64,000 nt of DNA, from positions 222,959,741 to 223,023,740 of the forward strand of contig CM041465.1 of the NCBI GenBank assembly GCA_023213395.1, read 5' to 3'. Positions 13,948 to 25,887 of this stretch are shown piece by piece; the stretch's first letter is position 1, and every line of letters begins with the position of its first letter. Under the pieces are notes generated by a model. That model was not told the origin of the DNA. It saw nothing but the letters and a program-made list of their open reading frames with translations, and ran no database searches. The DNA comes from Cycas panzhihuaensis (taxonomy: Eukaryota > Plantae > Cycadophyta). The position numbers and the translations under genes were made by a program.

Positions 13948-14849
13948 TAATTATATGCATTTTATCTAATTGTTTATAAGTTTGGCTGAGAAACATAAGC
14001 CTATTTATAAAAAAACAGTACCTTATTTACCTTTGTTTTTATAATTTTCACTTAGTTCAATGGTTTCTAGCATATTTGACACTTCTACAAGGTGTATTTG
14101 CCAAGTTTGTTATTTTCAGTTGCTACTTGGCCAACTGTAAGCTATCTTCTATCTTACTATTGTAATTTCAAGCAAAAATTATGTCTCATCTCTATCGTTT
14201 CCCACAATTCAATCTCTATTTTATTGTTTTTTAATGGTCATTTGATTCAAAATTCACTCCTGGAGTTAGATCTATCTTCTTATCATTCTCAGGCTCATTA
14301 TACCACTTGTTGAAGGGTGTCTATAATAGACTAAAGTTTTTTTAATGTGATTTGAGTGAAAATATTTAAATCTATAGGTCACAGCACACATGCACCTTCT
14401 ATCAACCCTGCATCATTGTACATCTTCGTATAGACCTTTTATAACCTTAATTAATTGAATCTTAGTTGTGTATTAGTTTTTTATCAATCCTAAAATTGTT
14501 CAAATCAACTTTATTCTGATTTGAAGTATTTTTAATTAGATTTCTATTACTATGTTTTGCCATTTTTGTGCAGGTCGCTCATTTGATTTTATTTGATATT
14601 ATTTATATTTTACAAAGTTTAAGATTAATTTAATCATACTGAATTATGATTTCAATTATGTGGGAGGTACAATTCTATCACTAGTGGTTATATGCTAACC
14701 CCTTGTGACCAAGGGCTACATTTCAAAAGGGCAAACTTTAAAGTTAAAAAAATTCTCTTTAAGTTTTTGTACATAATAAAAAAGATTGTCTAATATTTGA
14801 TAATAATTTTAGTTCGGATAGCCCCCTTAGTAGACTAATGGGTGGTGAT

Positions 14850-17800
14850 ATGGTGACCTTATGCCAAAGAGCTTCAGGCGGTTTTGACTGGACATCTCTC
14901 TAGCAAACTCTTTTGACTGAATAGTTCTCCATCTTCTGAAGCCCATTGTGCCCAAAGCCCTTATGTCGATGAAGAATTTGCATTTAATTCCATTTTGACC
15001 CATCCAACGTTGTCACCAGAAGCTCTTTGGCATGCTTGCATAGGCCATATTCACATTGATAGACTTAGAGATCTTTCTAACACTCTTCCAAACCTTCCAA
15101 AGTTATCCTCTAAGCCCTTTAAATGTGAAGCTTGTATCATTGCCAAATCTCATCGATAACCCTTTCCCAAAAGTCAGTAGAAATCGAGCCATCCATTACA
15201 ATTGGTATGCTCTAATTAATGCGGGCCAATACCCATTCCTTCACTGAAGGGTAAGTTATATTACATCTCTTTCATTGATGATTTCATTAGAAAAGTATGG
15301 GTAACTTTTCTGCACAAGAAAGATGAAGCATTTTGTATATTCAAGGAATTCAAAGCCCTCATTCAAAAAGAGTCAAGTTATCAACTCAAATGTCTTTAAA
15401 TTGATAATGGTGGCAAATATACCTTACATGAGTTTGAAAGCTACCTTCGAGATAATGGCGTCAAGCATCAAACAATAGTAGCAGGTACCCCACAACAAAA
15501 TGGAGTTACCGAGCGCATGAAGAAGACAATCATGAACATGACTCGTGTTATGTTAATATACAAAAATATACCTGCCTATATATGGGCTGAAGCAATCTGG
15601 ACAGTTGTTTATTATATCAATGCTGTTAGCCCATCAAAGGAAGTATAATCACCTAATAAAAAGTGGTCAGGACAAGCCCCCATTGTTCACTACTTTAAAA
15701 TTTTTAGCCCTACATGATATGCCCACATTCTGGATGCAAATCGAAATAAACTCCAGCTAAGGGTACTTAAAGGCATCTTTGTTGGATACCTTATGGATAA
15801 GAAAGGGTATAAGGTCTTCATACCTTCACAACGAAAAATCATCGTTACCAAAGATGTCATTTTTGGGGAGACATAGGATCAATTACTTAAATTAAACTCC
15901 AAAGTACCCTCACGCCACTACAATAATGTTATCAAGTATGATTTTTAGATTCTAAAATTTGGGGGGGGCGGGGGGGGAATAGACATAAATTACTCCAAAT
16001 ATTGGAAGCTGACAATATAGCCTTGAAGGATACAACTTGTGACTCTGAACCGGTAAGTGCACATCTAACACCATCTTTTGAAGATAGCAGAGTTGACAAA
16101 GGCAAAGCCATTATAGAAGAACCATCCTCTTCACCTTCAGTTGATAAAGGCAAAATAATGGTAGAAGGACCATCTTCCTCAGGCGCATCAACATCCTCCT
16201 CATAAAATAATCATTTTAATGAACATGATGAGAACCAAGAAGTTGGGGAAATGAGGACATCATTCCCAACTCGAGGATCTCGAGAAGCCCGCTAGCTCAA
16301 TAAGGACATACGACTAGATGAGATGGGCAAAATTGGTACTCAAAATGCCCATAGAGCAAGGATGTAGGAATCATTATATACTAAGCTTGAACTAACAAAA
16401 CTGCACCTTACTCTTAATGAAGAGCCCTTAACGTACCAAGAAGTTGTAAAGCATATAGCTTAGAGAAATGGCATGAATGAAGAGTACCAATCTCTTATCA
16501 AGAATGGTACATGGGAGCTCATTGATTTACCACTTGGTAGAAAGGTAGTTCAAAATAAATGGGTGTTTAAAAACAAATATAGATCAAACGGTACCCTTGA
16601 AAAACACAAGGCAAGGCTGGTAGTTAAAGGATTTACACAAAGGGAAGGCATCGACTACACTGAAGTCTTTGCACCTACAACTAAGTGACCTACAATTAGA
16701 ACTCTTGTGGCCTTGGCTGCTCAACAGGGTTGGAAAATCCACCAACTCAATATTAAGATCGTGTTTCTCAATGGAGATCTTGAAGAAGAAATTTACATGG
16801 CTCAACTAGAAGGATATGAGATCGAAGGTCAAGAGTATAAGGTTTGCAGGCTTAGAAAGTTCTTATACGGCTTTAAACAATCCCCTTGTGCTTGGTTTGC
16901 CAAGTTATTTGAAAGAATGAGGCAACTTGAATACAAGGTTTGTGACTACCAAGATATTGATGCAATATTGTTCATGAAGCGCCATAAGGATAAAGTCACT
17001 TATCTCATAATCTTTATGGATGACATGCTAGTAACGGGTAATAGTGAACAGGCAATAAGCTACCTGAAAAAGGACCTTGGCAAAGCATTCGAATTATCTG
17101 ACCTCGATTTAATAAAATATTACTTATGAATTGAAGTAATACAAAAGAATGGAAAAATTTTCCTCTCTCAAGAAAAATACATCAACGATCTTCTAACCAA
17201 GTTTCAGTTAGAAGATGCTCGACCAGTGATATTACATATGGACCCTAATACCAAACTCTCAGCTGAAGGTGACACTAGGGAGGCAGATGCAATACTCTAC
17301 AGGAAACTTGTAGGTAGTCTCATCTACACTATTAATACAAGGCCAAATATTGCACACTCTATCGGCATTCTTGCTCGTTACATGACAAATCCTACGCAGA
17401 ATCATTGGCATGCAATAGTGCGAGTATTGAGATACCTTAAGACAATCAACAAATATGGTCTGTTGTATGAACCTAATTCAGACTTCAAGCTTTTTGCATA
17501 TACAAACTCAGACTTTGCAGGAGATAAAGATATATGAAGATCTATGTCTAGGTATATAACGTTCTTAGAACATCACTAATATGATGGAGATCTAGATGGC
17601 AGAAGATAATTGCAGATTTAACTACCAAAGTTGAATACGTTACTGCTTCTGAGACCAGTAAAGAGGTGATATGGCTGAGAAAATTATTGGAAACATTGAA
17701 TATTACCCAAGCAAGTCCTACGAGTCTTTATGTGGATAATCAATCAACAATCTGCATGGTGAAAAATCTTGTATTTCACGATCATACCAAATACATAAGT

Positions 17801-18753
17801 ACGAAAGTCCACATGATTAGAGAACTCATTCATGACGGCATAATTTAACTGGAATACTGTCTTGCAACAGATCAAGTGGCTGATATCTTCACTAAACCGT
17901 TGCAAAAGGTGAAGTTTGAACAGTTCCAAAGGCAGCTTGGCCTTAAGGCCTCCATCTTCAACTAATCAAAGAAGATGTCAATAAGACCATCATACTCTAT
18001 TCTATTCGTGAAAACCCCTTGTGGGTGCGAAAGAATAAGAGTAAGTGTCTGCTCTATCCTCTTTGTGAAAACCCCATGTGGGCATAGAAGGATAAGGGTT
18101 GTACTGGTTTTGGAAAATCAGAACCTGTGAAAACCCAAAAAGGGCATAGAGGATGACCAAACGATATATGGAGACTCAACAGATTAAGCTGCACATTTAA
18201 GCTGCTTGGCTATCGGGCTACATCAAAGAGCCACCTTAGCTATTTTGACTTATAAAAGGGGCTATAGATCTTAGAAAGTTCGTGGATTTTTATTCCCCAT
18301 GAGGATTTTCCCACAAAAGTGTGATTTAGAGTTTCCATGTAATAATGAGGCTCAAATGAAGACCTCATAGAATAGATTTTCTCAAAATGACCTTCCACCA
18401 TTAAGGGGGGGATTGAAAGAGGTTAATGTATCAAGGTCATTTGTGTAGATTAATTATGTGACCTTAGGATATATTGTTAGCATTAGTCTCTTAATGAAAT
18501 GCACTTTATATGCATTTAGATGTAATTTTGGATTCATGTCATTAGGCGGGAAAATCCTAACCCTAATGCTCACCCTCAATAATAAAAGGCAAAATCTCAA
18601 GGAGAGAGTTATTATTCATTTTCACCTCCAAGCTTGCTCTCATATCTTGTTTCATCTTCTTTTTTATTCTCCATTGCTATTATGTACATGTGAGTGATTT
18701 ATCTCCTAGATCCATCCTTCCTTCATTCTAGGATTAATAAGAAATATGCTACA
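14850..18753 (+). mobile_element. Ty1/copia element E, 5'-truncated (INT, RT, RH, 3' UTR, PPT 18400-18412, 3' LTR 18414-18753)
   Basis: KLFGM..GH ~15020, TPQQNGVTERM ~15490, RT ORFs 16473-17537, RH ORF 17666-17848, PPT attaagggggggat, LTR tgaaag...gctaca. Confidence 0.92.
17993..18155 (+). repeat. Three tandem imperfect hairpins sharing gtgaaaaccc-N(4-5)-ggg in the 3' UTR of copia E
   Basis: tactctattctattcg-tgaaaacccc-ttgt-gggtg-cgaaagaataagagta; ctctatcctctttg-tgaaaacccc-atgt-gggca-tagaaggataaggg; cctg-tgaaaaccc-aaaaa-gggca-tagagg. Confidence 0.8.
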
Positions 18754-19420
18754 TTGTCATTATCTCCTATAAAGCTAAAGTATAAATCAACAATTATAGT
18801 TACGTGTGAAGCTATTTAGATAAAGAGGATACCGAGTCATATATAATTTCCACAAGAGGATGTCATAGCCCTGTTTTATATTGATTGGAGTACTATTTAA
18901 CTCTCGAGGAATTTAGTATTTCATATAAAGAAAAAACATATCAAGATACATCATCACATCATTTGAGATTATGTGCAAAATAATGTGGTGCAGTTAGTGT
19001 ATTAACTAACTGAGGATCAATTAGTATATATGTTGATTAAGGCTTTGAGTAGATTAAAATTTGAGGGAACTTCTTAATGTAAAGGATAATGAAATAAGCA
19101 TTATGGTGGGGTGTTAGGAATAATATTTACTTCATAGCATAAAATATTTATCTTTTAGATATGATGAAATGTCTTTCACACATCCTATATCAAATTTATA
19201 ACTCCTCTCTTATAGTAACTTCTTGTTATAATTATCATTCATGCAATTGTATGAAGTTTACTATATCTCTTTGTATAATTGATTAAAAGAATTAAAGCTT
19301 CATTTTTTTAGAGTGCTAAATTGCTATCTCTTATGCTCGCTCTTGTTACTATTTTGTTCCTACTCTATCAAATTGCTATTACATTGTTGTTTCGCTAACA
19401 TTTATTTCATTGCATTTCAT
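18754..19420 (+). mobile_element. 3' remnant of an older copia (RNase H, PPT ~19100-19111, LTR from 19112) into which E inserted
   Basis: Decayed VTCEAI*IKRI and TEDQLVYMLIKALS, then attatggtgggg-tgttagg. Right end approximate. Confidence 0.7.
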
Positions 19421-20892
19421 CATCTTTGGACTTTGAGAGGAAGATGTTTTGTGAAGAAGGAGATTTTAAGGAAGAAGAGTAAGCCATATGAAAACATGAT
19501 TTTCATCATTTGGTAATCTCTTAAAACCTCCTTAAGGGAGTTATGGTGATTTGTATGCAGTGAAATGTAGATGAATATATACCCTATACAAAGAAACTAT
19601 GCTTTAGTAAGATCCTTTTTCTCAAAAGGGATATTAGAACACTTATGATGACTTTTTTTAAATATTTACTTTATATTCATCTACTACATCTAGAGGGGAG
19701 AAGCTATAAACTTGTGTGTCATTAACATCATCGTTATATAGTTACGTAAGCTTATTTTTTATTTGTATAGTTCCTATTTATAATTATTTTTTAAATAAAC
19801 ATAAGATTACACGATCCTTAACTTCACTCCCACTTGTATTTGTCTCCTTATAAATGTGCATACTTTTATCTTGTGCCTGTAAGTGAATGGAACATAAAAG
19901 CAAGGCAAGACCATATTATAATAAAATATCCTCTAACTAGCAAGATTTAAGGTTAGTATATAGCAAGTAAATACTATATCTTCCTTTCTCAGCTCATTTT
20001 ATAAATCATTTACTAGTGGTGTTTGAGAAACCCTTTTTTAGAATCATTGGCATATTTACCCTTAAACATAACCTATATTCCTAGTAGTACACAAAATATC
20101 ACTACAAAAACCCTCAAGATATTTTCCAAAGTTACTATATACATCATACATACATTTCTTAGATGTCTTTAAACCATTGCTTGAGAGCCTCCTTTAAGGG
20201 GTGGCAGTCTAAGAACATAATAGATGGAAGTTGAGAAGTAATCTTCTCATTATCATCTCAAAAATATTTCAACAAACACATCAAAGGTCTTGCATTTTTA
20301 TCATAATACATTTAAAAGATAAATGTTCTAACCTAATTGGGCACAATCCTAAATAACAAGCTCATTGCTTGCTCAAAGAGTTGCTACATCATAACCTTCT
20401 TAAACATTAACCTAGATAGATTGAAAACACCACTGATAATTGAACAAATAGATAAATGATCAGAAATTATCATTTAGGAGATTGGTAGACCCCTACCATC
20501 ACATTTTAGCATAAACTCGATAATTCAACCATAAAGCCATGACAATTTGCACCTGAAATTGCTCGCTAGGCCAACGGCCCCCGTATCCTCCAAAAGTTGT
20601 CACATCATAGGAAGGAAATTCGATACCATGAGATTGAAGGACCCTAATTTTTGACCATTGCATTCCCTGTTATGCTCTTTGGGTTTGCCTTATTGCCGAT
20701 GACATTTTTCTTACGTTCCTTTGGGTGCCATGTTGTGCGAATGACAACAATTCAAATTTACAATATATTTGCGAAAAGCAACCAGGAATCCTAAACAACA
20801 CAGTCCATATGCACAGAGGCATGACAGAGTGTATGACTACAGTGAGTGATCATATGGGCTCTGCTTTGAAATAGAAGGGAGGTAGCAGAGCC

Positions 20893-21041
20893 ATGTCTCC
20901 ATTGATGAGCAGGATGCCAACCGTTGGTTTTTCTTCATTTGGGCGAGAAAAATCTGGATTGGATAGCGTGGGTGATGAGTTTTTTGGAGCCAAAATGATC
21001 AGGACGGATTCGAATGATCTCATAGTTCGCGGAACACCCAG
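20893..21041 (+). CDS. Candidate first coding exon of a host gene, possibly a plastid transit peptide
   Basis: gccATGt start, open frame MSPLMSRMPTVGFSSFGREKSGLDSVGDEFFGAKMIRTDSNDLIVRGTP, donor cag|gtacgc, in a CpG-retaining non-LTR island. No phase-compatible second exon identified. Confidence 0.4.
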
Positions 21042-21249
21042 GTACGCAATTTTCTCATAATTTCATCACAGTATTAACCGTTCCAGTAAGACAAACGTGT
21101 TTTGCATTGAAACGATTGAAAACCCAGCTGAATGATTGGATTAGCTACTAACAGAAGAATCTTCTAGACGCTACCATAACATGTTCCTGTGTATAGTCTA
21201 GTAGAAAACTATAGTTAGCAGGACAAAGCTCAAAAAAAGGAGGAAAAAC

Positions 21250-22470
21250 TAGCTTTGGATTGTTTTAAGGTCTTATTTGCATCTGCATTGCATGCAACAC
21301 TCAGATTATGGAGGCTGAAAGGTTTTTAAAAGGCATACAAATTGTAAACACCTGAATTCAATCCTTGTTTTTGCGAGATGTGCCTCTGCCGCCAGCCCGC
21401 GTTGTAAGAATTAGCAGATGAAGATGGCTTTCTTAGGTAGCATATGTACTTTCCAGATGCTATTGAGCTTCTTGACCCGCGTCGGGTCGGTACAACCTAT
21501 GCAATCTGCAAGTAAACTCCATTGCATCACAGAGATGGGGTGCTGTCCAAACACCTCAGAGACAGTGCTGCCTGTTCAAGCACTGGTGCTTGCAGGGTGC
21601 ATAGTTTATGCCTATAAAAGTCTGCCCTATACCTACCCCCTAAGGGTGAACCTGTTTCCTCTTCCAATAAGGGTTGGCAACATTCAGTGAGCATCTCCAC
21701 CAGGACGGCAGTCAATGTATATGGAGTCATTGCAGATCCAAATCTTTTGACACAGCTCACATTTGTTTAACTGGGACTCACAAGGGAAATGTTATCCCAA
21801 GACCAAGGGCCGGAGGAGTTTCATTGGCACTTGATCTATGTCAGCCAACCTATATCAGTCTTTTGCCTCTTGCCAACCCTATTAGTTGGCTTGGCCTTTT
21901 TTTCCATCAAATGGCTATTATGTGCAGTTGTTTATGATTTGGCCAGAAATCTTGGAACCTCTGGCATTCCTGGAATTGTTTTCCTTGATGAAGGTTGGGG
22001 GCAACCACTAAATTGATTTCAATGTTGTAGACCATCTTTGTTATGGCTTGTCCCCAAAGTGTTAAAGGAGTTTCTTGCAATATTCCAAGGATTTCAAAAT
22101 GATTTTGAATGTGATGGTGCTGACTACCCAAGTATTTTAGAGTTGTTGGCAGTTTGACAATTAAAGCTCTCTCCATCAAACTTAGCCCAAGGTGGCTTCT
22201 TGCTAAATGCTGCTGTATATGAATACCTTCTATGATTCTATGAATATAGATACCTCAAATAATTTATTTTATATATATAGATCTAGACATTGGTGCTGGT
22301 TATTAAGAAGTCTATGGCCAGCTTCCTCTTTCAACTGACAACAAAGCCTCACTTACCCTGGTGGAATCTTTGCTTCCGTTTGATGTCAACCTTGAAATCA
22401 AAGTATCTCCTTACAATTGTTACATCGTGTTATGGTGGGTTTGGTTCTTGGCCTTATCTTAGTGTAAGAT
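21250..22470 (-). mobile_element. Non-LTR (L1-like LINE) ORF2 3' fragment with a zf-RVT-like region
   Basis: Minus translation 21480-21330 RVKKLNSIWKVHMLPKKAIFIC*FLQRGLAAEAHLAKTRI fits the zf-RVT pattern (IWxxxxPPKxxxFxWxxLxxxLxxxxxLxKxGI). Boundaries approximate. Confidence 0.55.
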
Positions 22471-22639
22471 AGATTCTAGGTTCATGAACCAGTAAAATTG
22501 GAAATGAAGAAGAGGAAGGAAATTGACTCACTTGAAGTCCCACTAGTTGATGTAGAGTTGGTAAAGCCTCAATCCTTTGAGGTAGGTTTTAGTTAATGCC
22601 TTTTCTCTAAGCTAGAAGCTTGCATGCATATATCCAAAT

Positions 22640-25600
22640 GTGCAAAGTGATAGTCTTGTTTTTTGGTGTGTTCAAGAATGAAGTCTAATGTTCCCTTTAC
22701 ATATTTTAAAATCTTTTTTGCAGCTCTCTAATAAGTCTCTTGAGGAGCACTCATGAATCTAGACACAATTCTCACAACATACATAATATTAGGATGAGTG
22801 GAAATAAGACATATCAAACTCCCCATATAGGGTCTCTTTGACTGTGGGGCTTTGTTCTTCAGTTATAAGTTTATGCCTTGTTTCTATGGGAATAGAAGTT
22901 GGCTTGTAGTCAACCACTTTGAAGCTGAGTAACAATTCTTTGGCATACTTGATTTGCTAAAAATAATTCTTTCTCCTCTTGAGTTATTTATATTCTCAGA
23001 TAGTAATGTAGAGGTCCCATATCTGTCATTTCAAAAGTCTACATTAAGTTCTTTTTACTTGTATGATGTTGTCTTCATTACTACTGGTTATGAGAAGATC
23101 ATCTATATAAACTGCTATGATTGTGGTGAGGCCTTTGTCTTTGATTCTAATGTAGAGGCTTGGGTCTGATTCACTTATGTTAAATCCATTCCTTTTGAGA
23201 TACTAATCTATTTCGTCATACCAAACTCTAGAAGCTTGCATCAATCTATATAGATCCTTTTTCAACATGCAAACAAGTTGCTTTTGTCCTATTTTTGTGT
23301 GTCTAGGAGGTTGCTCCAAGTAGACTTTTTCTTCAAGGTCCCCATTTAGGAATGCACTCTTGACATCCATTTGATGGACTTTCGAACTGAATTGAGCAAC
23401 CATAGCTATTATGGTTCTTATTGTAATCATTTTGGCGACTGGAGCAAAAATTTTCTCATAAACAATGTCCTTAATTTGAATGAAGCCTCTACCTATTAAT
23501 CTGGCCTTATGTTTCTCTATTGATCCATCTAATTTAAATTTGATTTCGAACAATCACTTGCACCCGACTACTTGTTTGTATTTGGGAAGTTCAATCAATT
23601 CCCATCATTCTTTTGGGAGGCTATGATTTCTTCATCCATGGCCTTATTCGAAACCTTGTTTCCTCGAGCCTCTTCAAATGTTATTGGTTTTCCTATGCTT
23701 AAGGCATAGCTTAGAGCATCAATGTTTCTTGAGTAACTTTGAGAACTCGTTTGCCTTTTTCTCTTTATGATAGGGTGTATTTTTCCTTAATCATGTAGCT
23801 TTGATAGGTACCACTTGGGAATTTTTCTTTGTGGTTGATTGTTGACTGCTTCTTGATCATTGCCCCCTTGGGGAGTTTCCCTTAGTTCTTCGTTTTCTTT
23901 AGCAGATTCTTCTTCCCTTGATTGATCTTTGGTTTGGACTTCCTTTTCTATTACCATAGGTGATGTTCTTGCAGGACCTCTCTTTCTTGTTGTAGGTGGT
24001 ATTTCCATCAAGATGGGGTGTTTTTCTTCAAATATTATATCTCTGGTTATGATAAATTCATTATTTTGTGGCTCAATACAACAGGCTTTGGATTATTCAT
24101 TGTTGCCTATGAAGATGCACTTTATACTCTTCTCATAAAGTTTGGTCCTTTTTTCTTTTGGGATGTGCATAAATGCAGTGCTTCTGAATATCGAAAGGTG
24201 GCTAACATCTAGTTTTCTACTAGTCCAAGCTTCTTCAGGAGTTTTTCTTTCAATAGCCATGATTGGGCTTTTGTTGATGAGATAAACAATTGTCTTAATA
24301 GCTTCTGCTCAAAATGTATTTGGCATCCCTTTTCCTTCAGCATGCTCCTCACTATTTATATGATTGTTCTATCTTTTCTTTCAGCTGCTTTATTTGATTA
24401 TGGGGTGTAGGCAGTAGTTAGTTGCCACTTAATCCCATGAGCTTTGCAATATTTGTGGAAGTCATTTGAGGCCAATTATCCTCCATTGTTGGTTTTGAGA
24501 ATTTAGACCTTCTTTCCACTATCCTTTTTTGCATATGTTCTGTAGTCCTTGAAGGTATTAAGGGCATAATATTTGTTTTTGAGGAAAAATGGCCAAGTTT
24601 TTCTTATTAAGTCATCCATGAAAGTGATATAGTATTTGGCTACTCCGAGACTAGAGGTTTTCATGGGCTCATATAAATTGTTGTGAACGATTTCTAATTT
24701 GTTTAAAGCTCTCCGTATAGCCTTTAAGAATTTGTTTCTATGTTATTTTCCAAGCATGCATCCTTCACAGGAACCTTTGTTTATAGTGATGTTAGGCAAA
24801 CCATTTACCATATTTAGTTTTTTCAATACTTAAATTTTGAAAGCATAGATGCCTATACTTCAAATGGCAAGTTTCATTTATAGAATTTTCTTGATTTACA
24901 AACAATGCTTGTATAGTTGGAGTGGCCATAAATTTGTAAAGGTCGTTTTCTTCTTTATACTCAGCTGCAATTTTGAGGTTCTATTTCTTGTTTTTCACAA
25001 AACATTTGTCGTCATCATATTCTACCTTAAAGTCCTCTTTGGCCATTTGAGAGACAGCGAGAAGATTCTTTTTTAGCCTTACTAGGAAGAAAACATCTTC
25101 AATGTTCTTGTTTTCTCCATTTGCCATTCTAATGGGAATGACGCCCTTTCCTTTGTAGGATGAGTTGTGTTGTATTGTAGTTCAATAACGTTGTTTTCAA
25201 AGTGGTTTTTCAAGCTTTCAAACCAATGTTTTTGAGAGGTCATGTCTTTGGGTGTTGTAGAGTCAATATACTAGTTCTTTAAGGAAGCCAATCTTGTTGG
25301 GAGAGCAATAACAAAGGTGAATTCATCTTCATTTCATTTTCTTCAATAGCACTTCCTGAGTATCTTTTTCCTTTGTTCATACTGAACTTCCTCTTCATGT
25401 AATTTTTGAGGAGGTGACCTAGCTTTCTATAGTAGTAGCAACTTCTCCTTTTAGGTTTGAAGGGCTCTTCTTTGGGACCTTCCGTCTTGGGGCTTTTCAA
25501 CTTTAGTTTTGGGGAGAAGGACCCTTCAATTTCTATGTCTTCATCATATTTTTTTATTTCTAAGCTCTTGATGCAACATTAAACCACATATCTCTTTAAA

Positions 25601-25887
25601 GATCACAGTTTCAATTGCTTTTGAAATGGCAAGTTGGGTTGTTGAGTTGTTAAAGGATCTGGTTAGTTTGTTCAAGGTAAGTTGAATGAGTTCCTTGTTT
25701 TCAATTTTCTCTCCAACAACTCCAAGTTGTTTTTTCATTTCCTTTATCTTGGTTATGAAGGCTATTACAGTTTCAACTTCAAGTTATGGAGGGATTCCTT
25801 GATGTGAATGATTATGGTTGTGTTTTTAAGCTCGAACATGGACGAGACGATGATTTGAGCTTCCTTTGATGTGCTTATTTCAGAAAT
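22640..25887 (-). mobile_element. Ty1/copia element F body (gag C-part, PR, INT, RT); RH and 3' LTR missing
   Basis: ORF 23203-23553 KHKARLIGRGF..HQMDVKSAFLNGDL, zinc knuckle in 25279-25500, UBN2 gag in 25544-25880, AAKKILKYVKGT ~22690-22725. Confidence 0.92.

Noticed and set aside
13584-19420. One single element bounded by LTRs at 13584 and 18414 or 19112
   Set aside because: The three LTR-like tracts do not align with each other by eye, so I treated them as separate fragments.
22480-22581. Possible second exon (tag|gttcat...gag|gtagg)
   Set aside because: Its open frame is phase 0, incompatible with the phase-2 end of the 20893-21041 exon, and I recognise no homology.
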